From the NCBI GenBank assembly GCA_965240465.1, contig OZ251219.1, positions 320,001 to 384,000 of the forward strand: a DNA stretch of 64,000 nt, in the 5' to 3' direction. The notes below the pieces were generated by a model. It worked only from the letters and a program-made list of their open reading frames with translations, was not told the origin of the DNA and searched no databases. Source of the DNA: a bacterium (GTDB lineage Bacteria; SAR324; JACQKK01). Shown here piece by piece: positions 30,838 through 39,972 of this stretch. Position 1 is the first letter of the stretch. Each line of letters begins with the position of its first letter. Both the position numbers and the translations under genes were made by a program.

Positions 30838-30867
30838 GGGAGTGAGTCTCACTCCCTTTTTGTTTTT
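30838..30867 (+). terminator. Array-type intrinsic terminator (shortened loop)
   Basis: GGGAGTGA-gtc-TCACTCCC plus T-tract. Confidence 0.8.
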
Positions 30868-30968
30868 GGGGACTGCGTGTTGTTATTTTAATCATCAGAG
30901 GAGAAGGATTTTTAGTTTGCCCCTTGTGTGAAGCCCTTTTATTGCACTATCCTTGGGTTTGGGTCAGA

Positions 30969-31057
30969 GGAGAGGTGACTGAGTGGCCGAAAGTGGCAGA
31001 TTGCTAATCTGTTGTGTGGGGAAACTTGCACCGCGGGTTCGAATCCCGCCCTCTCCG
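30969..31057 (+). tRNA. tRNA-Ser(GCT)
   Basis: GGAGAGG/CCTCTCC acceptor stem, anticodon arm GCAGA-TTGCTAA-TCTGT, long variable arm, GGTTCGAATCC T-arm; CCA not encoded. Confidence 0.96.
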
Positions 31058-31079
31058 TTATTTGTATGGAAGTTAGCTG

Positions 31080-32402
31080 ATGTTTGAGTGGAGGTTAGTA
31101 TTGGATCAGTTGGGTGGTAGTTTAACAAGGGGTAGTTTTGTGCGAGATTTTTTTTGGTATGGAGGAGTGAATGGGTTACAGGCGTTAATTCCATTGTGTT
31201 TATTACCTTTTATTACTCGGACGGTATCTAGCGAGCAATATGGTTTATATGGTTTTTTTATTGCGGTGGTGTTGTTATTTCATCCTTTTGTGCGTTTGGG
31301 GATGGACAGTTCGGTATTGTACAAGACGTTCACTTCTTCGAGCGAGCGTTTAAGTGAGTATTGGGGAACGGCATTAACGCTATGTTTTTTAGTGGGAGGG
31401 GTATTAGCGATGGTGGCTTGGTTTTTTCCTATTTTGTCTAGTTGGGGTATTCGGGGTTTATCTGAGCAAGGGGTTGGCATGGGGGTGTTACAGAGGTGGT
31501 TGCCGTTGGTGATAATGATTGCCTTATTTGAGAATGTGTTGGCGATTTTGCGTGCTTTTTCTATAGCGATAAGCAAGCGGATATATTATGCGGTATTGAC
31601 TTTGGGTCAGCGGTTGCTGTGGGCTTTATTGGCGATTTGGCTAGTGGTTTTGGGTGGTGAGCAGGCGGGTGGATTATTATTATCGCAGGTATATTCATTA
31701 TTGTTGCTGGTTTTATTGGGATTAGTTTGGTTATGGAGGATGGGGTATTTGAAGTTAGCGATCAAGTCAGAGGATATTTTACATAGTTTTAGGTATGGCT
31801 TACCGTTGGTATTGCAAGTATTTTCTTTCAACATGATTCAATATTCGGACCGTTTTTTCTTAAAAGTGATTAGTGGTTTGGATAGTTTGGGAGTGTATGT
31901 AGCGGGTACGCAAGTATCTTTAGCTTTTTTTGTTTTTACGGCTTCTTTGCAATCTATTTGGCATCCGTGGGTTTTTGCTCGTCTTGCTAGCGATAGTTAT
32001 GATCGGCTATTAAGGATAAAGCGTGCCTTATTGTTGTTATGTCCTATTTTATTGTTGCTTGCGATTGCGGCGTCAGTGGTGTTGATACCGCTTACCAGAT
32101 TGTTGACTACGGGAGTATTTTCACAAGCGGTGGTGGTGGTTCCTTGGCTGGTTTTTGCTCATGCGGCTCAGGGATTTTACCTTATTTTTTCGGTATTTCT
32201 GTTGTACCAGGGACGTACTTTACTGGCAGCGATTATTGCTTTTAGTGCCTTTTGCTGTAATTTGGCTCTAAATTATCCTTTTATTGTGGAGCGCGGCATT
32301 GTTGGGGCGGCCCAGGCCACTTTGTTGGCTAATCTTGTTTCGGCGGGATTATGTATATTGTTTGTGAGGGACTGGAACACGAAAATATCTCCTGCGAGTT
32401 AG
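31080..32402 (+). CDS. Oligosaccharide/polysaccharide flippase (Wzx/MOP family)
   Basis: Multi-TM protein with LPFITR..YG.Y, YGLPL, SDRFFL, LGVY and GIVGAA motifs; start may be GTG ~31140. Confidence 0.8.
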   Translation: MFEWRLVLDQLGGSLTRGSFVRDFFWYGGVNGLQALIPLCLLPFITRTVSSEQYGLYGFFIAVVLLFHPFVRLGMDSSVLYKTFTSSSERLSEYWGTALTLCFLVGGVLAMVAWFFPILSSWGIRGLSEQGVGMGVLQRWLPLVIMIALFENVLAILRAFSIAISKRIYYAVLTLGQRLLWALLAIWLVVLGGEQAGGLLLSQVYSLLLLVLLGLVWLWRMGYLKLAIKSEDILHSFRYGLPLVLQVFSFNMIQYSDRFFLKVISGLDSLGVYVAGTQVSLAFFVFTASLQSIWHPWVFARLASDSYDRLLRIKRALLLLCPILLLLAIAASVVLIPLTRLLTTGVFSQAVVVVPWLVFAHAAQGFYLIFSVFLLYQGRTLLAAIIAFSAFCCNLALNYPFIVERGIVGAAQATLLANLVSAGLCILFVRDWNTKISPAS

Positions 32403-32564
32403 AATAACTTTGGAATGAGGTAGGGATTCAGAAAATAGATTCGGTGGTGATTGCACAACTTGCCACCTTGCAGTATCTTTCAAGCAGTGGCGTCTGGGCA
32501 ACCTCAAAACAGGGCAACCTCAAAACAGGGAAGCTCGCGCCTATGATATTTTTGGGTCTCACTA

Positions 32565-33803
32565 ATGGAAGTTAAAAACAATCAGCTCTATCTGGGAGGG
32601 TGTGATGTCGGTTCCTTAGCCGAGGCATTTGATACTCCTCTGTACGTGTACGAAGAATCGGTGCTGAGGGAGCAATGTCGTTATTTCAAGGATTGTTTTT
32701 CGGCAGCTCCTGGCGAGCTGCACTATGCGATGAAAGCCAATTCCAATCCTGCCATCCTAAGATTGATTCGCGAAGAAGGAATGTTCCTAGATACGGTTTC
32801 TCCATTTGAGGTACAGCTAGCCTTGGAATGCGACTTTAAACCTCATCAATTATTGTTCACCGGTAGCAATTGCACCCCTGCTGAGCTACAGTGGGTACTC
32901 TCTCAGGAAGTAGCCATCAATGTTGGTTCCCTGGATGAGATTAAAACGATCGGTCAGCTAAAGCCAGATTCCAGCCTTGGTCTGCGTATCAATGCAGATT
33001 TAGGCAAGGGTCATCATCCTCATGTGATGACTGGCGGACCGCATTCCAAGCTGGGAATATATCACGACCAATTGCACCAAGCCCTTGATATTCTGCGTCA
33101 GTACAATCTTAAGGTAAGTGGCATACATTGTCATATAGGTACTGATCTGCTTAACCCAGAGGACATCATCCAAAACATGGAGCTGACCCTGGGCTACGCC
33201 CTGGAATTTCCTGAATTGGATTTTGTAGATTTCGGCGGCGGCTTTGGCATTCCCTACCGACCCGATGATAACATGCTACCCCTGAAAGAACTGGGACAGC
33301 AAATGTGTGCCAGATTCAATAAATTCCTTAACCAGTATCGACGCCCAGTACACATGAAACTTGAGCCAGGTCGTTTCCTAACTGCCCAAGCAGGAGTGCT
33401 ACTGGTGAGCATTACCACCATTTCATCTACTCCTGAGCATCTATTTGTGGGAGTGAATTCAGGATTCGGACACCTAATGCGGCCAGTTCTTTATGGATCA
33501 TATCACGAGATAGTCAACGCTTCCCGCATGCAAGGTGAGGCTATCCCCGTAGCCGTAGCAGGCAATCTGTGTGAGGCTGGCGATATATTCACCCAAAACG
33601 AACAAGGCATTGAACACCACTCCCTCACTAAACCCCAAGTCGGAGATATATTAGCAATCCTAGACTGCGGTGCTTATGGGCTCTCCCTATCTAGCAATTA
33701 CAACATGAGGGCTCTTCCAGCAGAAATACTAGTAGCTAAAGGAAACTCCACCCTGATCCGCCGCCGTCAAACCTATCAAGACCTTACTGGCACTTTTCTT
33801 TAA
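32565..33803 (+). CDS. lysA: Diaminopimelate decarboxylase
   Basis: TPLYVY, YAMKANSN (PLP Lys), HCHIG, DFGGGFG, EPGRFL, GNLCEAGD, GAYG...SNYN. Confidence 0.93.
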   Translation: MEVKNNQLYLGGCDVGSLAEAFDTPLYVYEESVLREQCRYFKDCFSAAPGELHYAMKANSNPAILRLIREEGMFLDTVSPFEVQLALECDFKPHQLLFTGSNCTPAELQWVLSQEVAINVGSLDEIKTIGQLKPDSSLGLRINADLGKGHHPHVMTGGPHSKLGIYHDQLHQALDILRQYNLKVSGIHCHIGTDLLNPEDIIQNMELTLGYALEFPELDFVDFGGGFGIPYRPDDNMLPLKELGQQMCARFNKFLNQYRRPVHMKLEPGRFLTAQAGVLLVSITTISSTPEHLFVGVNSGFGHLMRPVLYGSYHEIVNASRMQGEAIPVAVAGNLCEAGDIFTQNEQGIEHHSLTKPQVGDILAILDCGAYGLSLSSNYNMRALPAEILVAKGNSTLIRRRQTYQDLTGTFL

Positions 33804-34080
33804 CGGAAACAGATTGAAAAAACATTAGGAACACGGGCTACCACACCATGAAAAAAATAATTGCAATGTTAAGCAAAATATGCAATCATGCACTCATGCC
33901 GTTCCTCTATAGAAATTCTTGAGAGCAAACAAGCCTAAGAATGTCAGTCGCTCAGTGGGTGATGAATGGCGTACACAGACAACGCACGCTGGAGCATGTT
34001 GACAGCGATAGCTGATGAAATATTAGCCCATAAGAAATTGTTACACGGAGGAAGCACTTTCTTAAATAAAAGGAGTCAAC

Positions 34081-34320
34081 ATGGATAAATTAAGCAATGA
34101 GTATGCTTTTTATAAAAAGAACAAGCCTGCTCTAAAAGAAAAATATGACAATAAGTACATTGCCCTAAAGGACAATAAGGTAATAACCAGTGCTGATAGT
34201 AGGCAAGAAGCAGTTAAATATATGCTAGATAATGACTACATTTTGGGAGAATTTCTAGTGCACTTAGTCTCTGATGACTCGGACATAGTACATAAATTTC
34301 CCTCAAGGATACATTTTTAG
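34081..34320 (+). CDS. Small DUF5678-like protein
   Basis: AAGGAG SD; L.EKY.NKYIAL...VI.SAD pattern; AT-rich. Confidence 0.6.
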   Translation: MDKLSNEYAFYKKNKPALKEKYDNKYIALKDNKVITSADSRQEAVKYMLDNDYILGEFLVHLVSDDSDIVHKFPSRIHF

Positions 34321-34367
34321 TTTCGTGTTATTTGTTTAACAAACTCAGACTAATGCTTTCCACCAAT

Positions 34368-35486
34368 TCAGTTTCTCACGGCAGGGTTTTGATAGAACGG
34401 TTTTTTCACTACCATGGCTTCTACGCCCCGACCACGGATTTCCACCGTTAACGGAGTTCCTTGCTTGGCGGCTTCTTTTTTTACTTTGGCGAGGGCAATG
34501 GATTTGCTACTGGTAGGCGAATGCGAACCTGAGGTGATTATTCCTACCTTTTGCCCTTGGTAGAATATGGAGCAGTGCTGTCTTGGAATACCTTTATCGG
34601 TCAGTTCAAGGGCGATTAGGCGGTCGTGGGTATTTTGCTGACGGTGCTGAGATAGGACTTTTTTGCCGATGAAGTCATCTTCGGTGTTCAGTTTAACCGC
34701 CCAGCCGAGGGCACACTCCAAGGGGTGCCATTTTTCTAGGAGTTCATGTCCGTACAGAGACATGGCGGCTTCCAAACGGAGGGTATCACGAGCGATTAAT
34801 CCGATGGGTAAGATTTTCAGCTGTTGAGTTAATTTCCGCCAGAGCATGGGTGCGTTTGCCAGAGACACCGATATTTCCACCCCTGGTTCTCCTGTGTATC
34901 CAGTGCGGGCGATGAATACTGGGCATTCAAACAGAGTGGCTTCCATCCAGCTATAGTAAGCCAGTTGGGTTGGTGAGGGAGTGGTATGCGGGCTAAGTTT
35001 TTCCAGGACCAGCGGACCTTGTGCTGCCAGCAGGCATTTGGTAGGAGAGATATCTTGCAGCTTCACTTGGTATTGTTCTGCCAATGTTTTCAGCCATTGG
35101 AAATCCTTTTCTCGGTTGGCTCCGTTCACGATGACTCGCCAATATTCTGAGTTCTGGCGATAGACGATCAGATCATCCAACACCCCGCCATCAGCTTGGC
35201 ACATGGGCGAGTAGAGGGCTTGACCATCTGTGATACTGCGGACATCATTGGTAAGGGCGTATTGCAGAAACTCGGTAGCACTACTGCCATGGAGGCAAAA
35301 TTGCCCCATGTGAGAGATGTCAAATAGTCCCGCCTGATTTCTGACGGCGTGGTGTTCTGCCAATGGCTGAGAGTAATAAAGAGGCATTTGATAGCCTGCG
35401 AAATCTCCCATTTTGGCACCTAAGGAGCGATGTTCTGCATCAAGGGGTAGTTGTTTCATTTTTAGGTAGGGAAGAGCATTAGGCAT
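34368..35486 (-). CDS. gcvT: Glycine cleavage system aminomethyltransferase T
   Basis: EHHAVR..AGLFDISHMG, ARTGYTGE.GVE, ARDTLRLEA, KGIPR; start may be 35459. Confidence 0.95.
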   Translation of the reverse strand: MPNALPYLKMKQLPLDAEHRSLGAKMGDFAGYQMPLYYSQPLAEHHAVRNQAGLFDISHMGQFCLHGSSATEFLQYALTNDVRSITDGQALYSPMCQADGGVLDDLIVYRQNSEYWRVIVNGANREKDFQWLKTLAEQYQVKLQDISPTKCLLAAQGPLVLEKLSPHTTPSPTQLAYYSWMEATLFECPVFIARTGYTGEPGVEISVSLANAPMLWRKLTQQLKILPIGLIARDTLRLEAAMSLYGHELLEKWHPLECALGWAVKLNTEDDFIGKKVLSQHRQQNTHDRLIALELTDKGIPRQHCSIFYQGQKVGIITSGSHSPTSSKSIALAKVKKEAAKQGTPLTVEIRGRGVEAMVVKKPFYQNPAVRN

Positions 35487-35562
35487 GGCTAGTTGGTATG
35501 GCTAGTTGGTATGGCTAGTTGGCATGGCTAATTGGCATGGCTAGTTGGTATGGCTAGTTGGA
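35485..35562. repeat. 13-bp tandem repeat x6 (ATGGCTAGTTGGY)
   Basis: Read directly; between murE and gcvT. Confidence 0.9.
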
Positions 35563-35597
35563 GTCATAGTCTCTTGAGCATCAATGATGACTGGAGC

Positions 35598-37178
35598 TTA
35601 TTCCTTTTTTTGGGAAGTTGAGAGGAATTGTTGAGCAATAAGGACATCGGAGAAGGGGTGGAATTGGTCGTTGATCTCTTGATAGGTTTCATGTCCCTTG
35701 CCCACGATGAGCACCACATCTCCGGGGACTGCCCGTTTTAGGATTTGACGGATTGCTTCTTGGCGGTTGCTGATTTGCTCAGCAGCTTGGGATTTTAGTC
35801 CTTGGGCAATTTGCTTTATGATGCTCATGGGATCTTCATTGCGAGGGTTATCGGAGGTTAGTACGATGTCATCGGCTTGGCTGGCGGCTTCGCCCATGAG
35901 AGGTCTTTTTTCTTGATCGCGATTACCGCCGCAACCAAATAGCAATCGCAGCCGACCGTTGGGTGCTAGCAGGGAACGGGTATCTCTGAGCAGTGTTTTA
36001 AGGGCTTCTGGGGTATGGGCGTAATCCACCAGCACCTCAAATGGTTGGCTGATAATACGCTGCATGCGTCCTGGGATGGTTTGGCAGTATTCGGCAGTGG
36101 CTGCAATTTTTGCTAATGGTTGTTCCATGACCAGCAACATTCCCACACTAGCCAGAAAGTTTTCCAGCTGAAAATATCCTGGCAGAGGAAAAGAAAAGGG
36201 TTCACGCTGTCCCTCAAAGCACAGCCAGCCTTCTTGTTGTTGAGCGGGCGAGCGAGGATTTTTTTCAATAAATAGGGCTGCCTTGGAACTACCCCAACTG
36301 AGGACTTGGCGTTTTTTTTGTTCTAATTTAAGCATCAGTTGCTGTCCTGCTTGGTGAGATATATTCACTACTGCCTTAGCTGAGGTAGCTAAAAAGGGAG
36401 AAAATTTGGCTTCTTGATAAGCCTCCAAGCTGCCGTGCCAATCTAGGTGATCTCGTCCTAAGTTGGTAAAAGCCAAAGCCTCAAAATTCAGTCCATCACA
36501 ACGATGCTGAGTCCAACCGATGGAACTTACCTCAATGGCAGCATAAGGAACACCTTCTGAAACCAGAGTAGCTAAAAATGACTGAAGATGTGGATTCTCA
36601 GGAGTGGTCAAATGAGGGGAGTGCACTGGTTGAGGATAAGATTCAGTTGCATCTGTTCCTCCAGACATCCCTAACGTGCCAGCTACCCCGCAAGGAATGT
36701 CCATAGAGTGCAACATCTGACTTATAAATTGGGTTATGCTGGTCTTGCCATTGGTACCCACCACTCCTAGCAAATTAAGTTTGTGAGATGGATTATCAAA
36801 TAACTCTGCCGATAAAGCCGATAACGCCCGACGGGGATGAGGAGTAAAAAATACCCCCAAGCGACAACCAGAACCCTCCAATAAAGGTAACCACTCCTTA
36901 TAATGCTCCTCCCGACTTAAAAATAATGCCCGCGCCCCACGCTCTAAAGCCTCCCTCACAAACTGAGAACCATCCCGCTGCCTGCCAGATAAAGCAAAAA
37001 AACCGCCCCCCTCCCTTACTTCTCGGGAGTCCACCTCCAACATCCTTACAATGTCCGAACCATCGGTATACCTCCCCTGAGATACCAAGGTGTGCCGAGC
37101 CACCGTCTCCAGTGATAAACCAAAGTCTGTCTTTAATCCAGATCTCATACCGCCTGACCGTATCCTAATTTTGCCCAT
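35598..37178 (-). CDS. murE: UDP-MurNAc-tripeptide synthetase (meso-DAP type)
   Basis: GTNGKTS, TTPE, EVSS, TNLGRDHLDWH, VDYAHTP, GCGGNRD..KRP, DNPR, GKGHE. Confidence 0.95.
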   Translation of the reverse strand: MGKIRIRSGGMRSGLKTDFGLSLETVARHTLVSQGRYTDGSDIVRMLEVDSREVREGGGFFALSGRQRDGSQFVREALERGARALFLSREEHYKEWLPLLEGSGCRLGVFFTPHPRRALSALSAELFDNPSHKLNLLGVVGTNGKTSITQFISQMLHSMDIPCGVAGTLGMSGGTDATESYPQPVHSPHLTTPENPHLQSFLATLVSEGVPYAAIEVSSIGWTQHRCDGLNFEALAFTNLGRDHLDWHGSLEAYQEAKFSPFLATSAKAVVNISHQAGQQLMLKLEQKKRQVLSWGSSKAALFIEKNPRSPAQQQEGWLCFEGQREPFSFPLPGYFQLENFLASVGMLLVMEQPLAKIAATAEYCQTIPGRMQRIISQPFEVLVDYAHTPEALKTLLRDTRSLLAPNGRLRLLFGCGGNRDQEKRPLMGEAASQADDIVLTSDNPRNEDPMSIIKQIAQGLKSQAAEQISNRQEAIRQILKRAVPGDVVLIVGKGHETYQEINDQFHPFSDVLIAQQFLSTSQKKE

Positions 37179-37380
37179 AAAGTAAAATCAAAGGCTGATA
37201 ACCCATCCCCGAATACCTTACATTCCTTAGATCTTGCTCTTAACTTATCCCCAACTCTGGCCCCCTTGACAACACACCTAGCTATTTCTTACATTCCTAT
37301 CATAACTTCTGCTCGCCGAAGATCACCTAAAACCTTTATCTTCCGCGGATGTAAGCAGGCTATCCAGCTGGAGAAACTAG

Positions 37381-37449
37381 ACAATACAAGCGAAAACAAT
37401 ACAGGCGAAAACAATACAGGCGAAAACAATACAGGCGAAAACAATACAA
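37381..37449. repeat. 15-bp tandem repeat, ~4.5 copies (ACAATACAGGCGAAA)
   Basis: Read directly; just upstream of tRNA-Gln. Confidence 0.9.
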
Positions 37450-37463
37450 ATGAAGCTAGATAG

Positions 37464-37535
37464 TGGGGCGTAGCCAAGTGGTAAGGCATCGGGTTTTGAT
37501 CTCGACATACGCAGGTTCGATCCCTGCCGCCCCAG
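37464..37535 (+). tRNA. tRNA-Gln(TTG)
   Basis: TGGGGCG/CGCCCCA acceptor stem, TCGGG-TTTTGAT-CTCGA anticodon arm, GGTTCGATCC T-arm; CCA not encoded. Confidence 0.96.
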
Positions 37536-37587
37536 CTTGTTTCGGAGAGCTCAGTGCCATTGGTTCTGTAAGCCAGAGATATTGGTG

Positions 37588-37685
37588 CTGAGCTATTAGT
37601 ACTGAGCTATTAGTACTGAGCTATTAGTACTGAGCTATTAGTACTGAGCTATTAGTACTGAGCTATTAGTACTGAGCTATTAGTA
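37588..37685. repeat. 14-bp perfect tandem repeat x7 (CTGAGCTATTAGTA)
   Basis: Read directly; no spacers. Confidence 0.95.
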
Positions 37686-37766
37686 CTGAAATATCGGTGC
37701 TGAACTATTGGCAGCTATCAACACCGAGCCATCACACCGAGCTATTGGTATGAGAGTTCGGGTGTT

Positions 37767-39953
37767 TTAGGGACTGATCCTCTGCCATGATTTTTGGCGG
37801 ATCTGCAGGAAGGAGACTTCTTTTTCTATTTGCCCCGAGGTTCCGTATCGGGACCAACCAGCGATGCCCTGGAACACTCGTCCATCTTTAAGCGAGCGTG
37901 CCAATTTCCAGCGAGAATGATTACGAGGAGAACCCAGCAGAGCTTGCAAGTATCGCAGGGTGTCATAACCGATGGTGGGGTAGTAAGAGGGGGATTGGTA
38001 TTGATAGCGATAGCCAAACATCAAGCGATGGAGGTGTAAGAATTTTTGGAAACGGATGTTTTGGTTGCTGTGGTCAATGGTGTTGCTGATGACCGCATTT
38101 AGTAATTGATTTTCTCTGGTAGCGAGCAGGTTATTATTGTTCCAGAAGCGATTGCCAAGCATTTGGACTTGTTCTGCATCCACGGTGGCGGGGTAGCGGG
38201 CGATTTGGGTAAGGTCTAGCACTTCTCGGGAGCTGATGGGAATGAACAAAGCCTCAAAGTCCACGATGGGATCTGGGTGGGGGTCGCCAGAGTCTTTCAG
38301 TAGCTGTTGCTGAGCTAGGCTAAGCGGACGATTTAGTCCGGTGAAATTTGAGAAGATAGTTTCCAATCCCAAGCCTTGTTTAGCAGCTCTCTTACCGAGG
38401 CGATGTAGGGGTTCAAATCCGGCAACGGCTACGATTTTGCCTTGGCGGGCAGATATTTCACTCCAGAATAGGTCTCGCATCAGCCGTCCTGGGGAGGTTT
38501 TCGGGTAGAGGATGGCAAAGCGTTTCAGTTGGAGGTATCCTACCGCGAAATCTGCCAGATCGGCGATTTCGGTTTGGATTGAGCGGCTGTTTTTGAAGAC
38601 GAATTGGGATTGCTCAGGCAGTTTCATGCTGGGGGAGAAAGCGAGCAGGGGGATATTTTCGGCAGCGGCGGCTTGGGCGGCGGCTTCTGATTCCACCTTA
38701 GCCAAGGGTCCGATGATGGCGATGACTTTTTCCTGTCTGGCGAGTTCTCGTACTGCCCGAAATGCTTGTCGGGGCTGATTTCCAGTATCTCTAAGTACCA
38801 GTTCAATTGGTGGGGCTGAGATATTTTTTCCTTTGGGGAGAGCCGCGAAAGAAGTTTTTAGTAGGTGAAAGGGTAGGGTAGGGTTTCGCAATGGGGTTTG
38901 AGGTATTCTATCTTGCACTGCCAAACGCAAGCCATCCAATATTTGAGCAGAGTATTGCTTCAATTGACTGCTACTACTGCTAAAGGGTAGCAGTACGCCT
39001 ATTTTGAAGGGCTGTATTTTTTTGCCTTGTTCGGCTATTTCGCGTTTCCATTGTTTGACATTTTGCTTATCTGAGGAGGATTTCTTTTTGGCCTTAGCCA
39101 GTGATTTGCGAGCTTTATCAATTTGTCCTGCGTTGAGAAAAACTGGGGTACTGATGTTGTAACGACGATTTTCTAACCAAGTATCCCGCGGGTGTCCTTG
39201 GATAAAGCGTTCCAGAGCTTGGGGGTCATTAAGATAGCTAAGCATGCGTTCGGCATCTTTTTGGGAAGCCCGAGGGCGTTCAAGAGGTAGCTTTTGGTAT
39301 TCCAGCAACCAAGCGGCGGCGGCGGTAAATTGTTGTTTACGAGCTTTGACTTCAGCTTGGATGAGTAGCCATTCTGCTTGCTGCCAAAGGGGAAGTTTTT
39401 GCCGTGGTGGTGGATTTACCAAGGGAGCTGCCTTAAAGCTTTTGCCTTGTCGGAAGCGGGCTTGGTAAAGATGAAACAGGGCTTGGTATCCACCTCCCGA
39501 AGATTTAAGTGCCTTAGCCAAAGCCTCTTGTGCTGCGGGGAACAGGCGATTAGGATTAGATTGCAGGCTGTTTAGTAGCAAAAGAGCACACTCTCGCTTA
39601 CGCTTGGAAGCCAGTAGCAGCTTATTCTTGCTGAGGAGCTGAAAATTAACTAAACCCACCAATCGCGAACATTCATCCAGGGCGATTTCTTGGGGGTCTG
39701 CGGCTGGATAATCCTGACGACCTAGGGAGAGGGAGCTATCGGGGTTAGCGGTGGTGTTTTGTGAGGGGGATAGGGTTTTAGCTGAGATGTTCCATGGTTT
39801 GCTCAAGGCACTTTGGGCATTAATGCTAGTGGGTACAATGGAGCACAGGATAAGGAGCATCAAGGTCCTCAGCGATAACTCGGGGCAGTACTGGGAGAGC
39901 GAGTAGCAGCGGGAACGGGGATGCATAGATTGGGCAGGATTTTGGGGATGCAT
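37767..39953 (-). CDS. LpoA/LppC-like penicillin-binding protein activator (periplasmic binding fold)
   Basis: KIGVLLPFS, VIAIIGPL, AILYP, DFEALFIP, GYD and FQGIAG motifs; true start probably further downstream. Confidence 0.7.
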   Translation of the reverse strand: MHPQNPAQSMHPRSRCYSLSQYCPELSLRTLMLLILCSIVPTSINAQSALSKPWNISAKTLSPSQNTTANPDSSLSLGRQDYPAADPQEIALDECSRLVGLVNFQLLSKNKLLLASKRKRECALLLLNSLQSNPNRLFPAAQEALAKALKSSGGGYQALFHLYQARFRQGKSFKAAPLVNPPPRQKLPLWQQAEWLLIQAEVKARKQQFTAAAAWLLEYQKLPLERPRASQKDAERMLSYLNDPQALERFIQGHPRDTWLENRRYNISTPVFLNAGQIDKARKSLAKAKKKSSSDKQNVKQWKREIAEQGKKIQPFKIGVLLPFSSSSSQLKQYSAQILDGLRLAVQDRIPQTPLRNPTLPFHLLKTSFAALPKGKNISAPPIELVLRDTGNQPRQAFRAVRELARQEKVIAIIGPLAKVESEAAAQAAAAENIPLLAFSPSMKLPEQSQFVFKNSRSIQTEIADLADFAVGYLQLKRFAILYPKTSPGRLMRDLFWSEISARQGKIVAVAGFEPLHRLGKRAAKQGLGLETIFSNFTGLNRPLSLAQQQLLKDSGDPHPDPIVDFEALFIPISSREVLDLTQIARYPATVDAEQVQMLGNRFWNNNNLLATRENQLLNAVISNTIDHSNQNIRFQKFLHLHRLMFGYRYQYQSPSYYPTIGYDTLRYLQALLGSPRNHSRWKLARSLKDGRVFQGIAGWSRYGTSGQIEKEVSFLQIRQKSWQRISP

Positions 39954-39972
39954 AGATTGGGCAGGATTTTAG

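Noticed and set aside
34012-34050. Hammerhead-like CTGATGA...GAAA
   Set aside because: The required stems cannot be formed convincingly
37588-37685. Possible CRISPR array (also 45451-45717, 35485-35562 and 46835-46912)
   Set aside because: Head-to-tail repeats without unique spacers; no cas genes in the window
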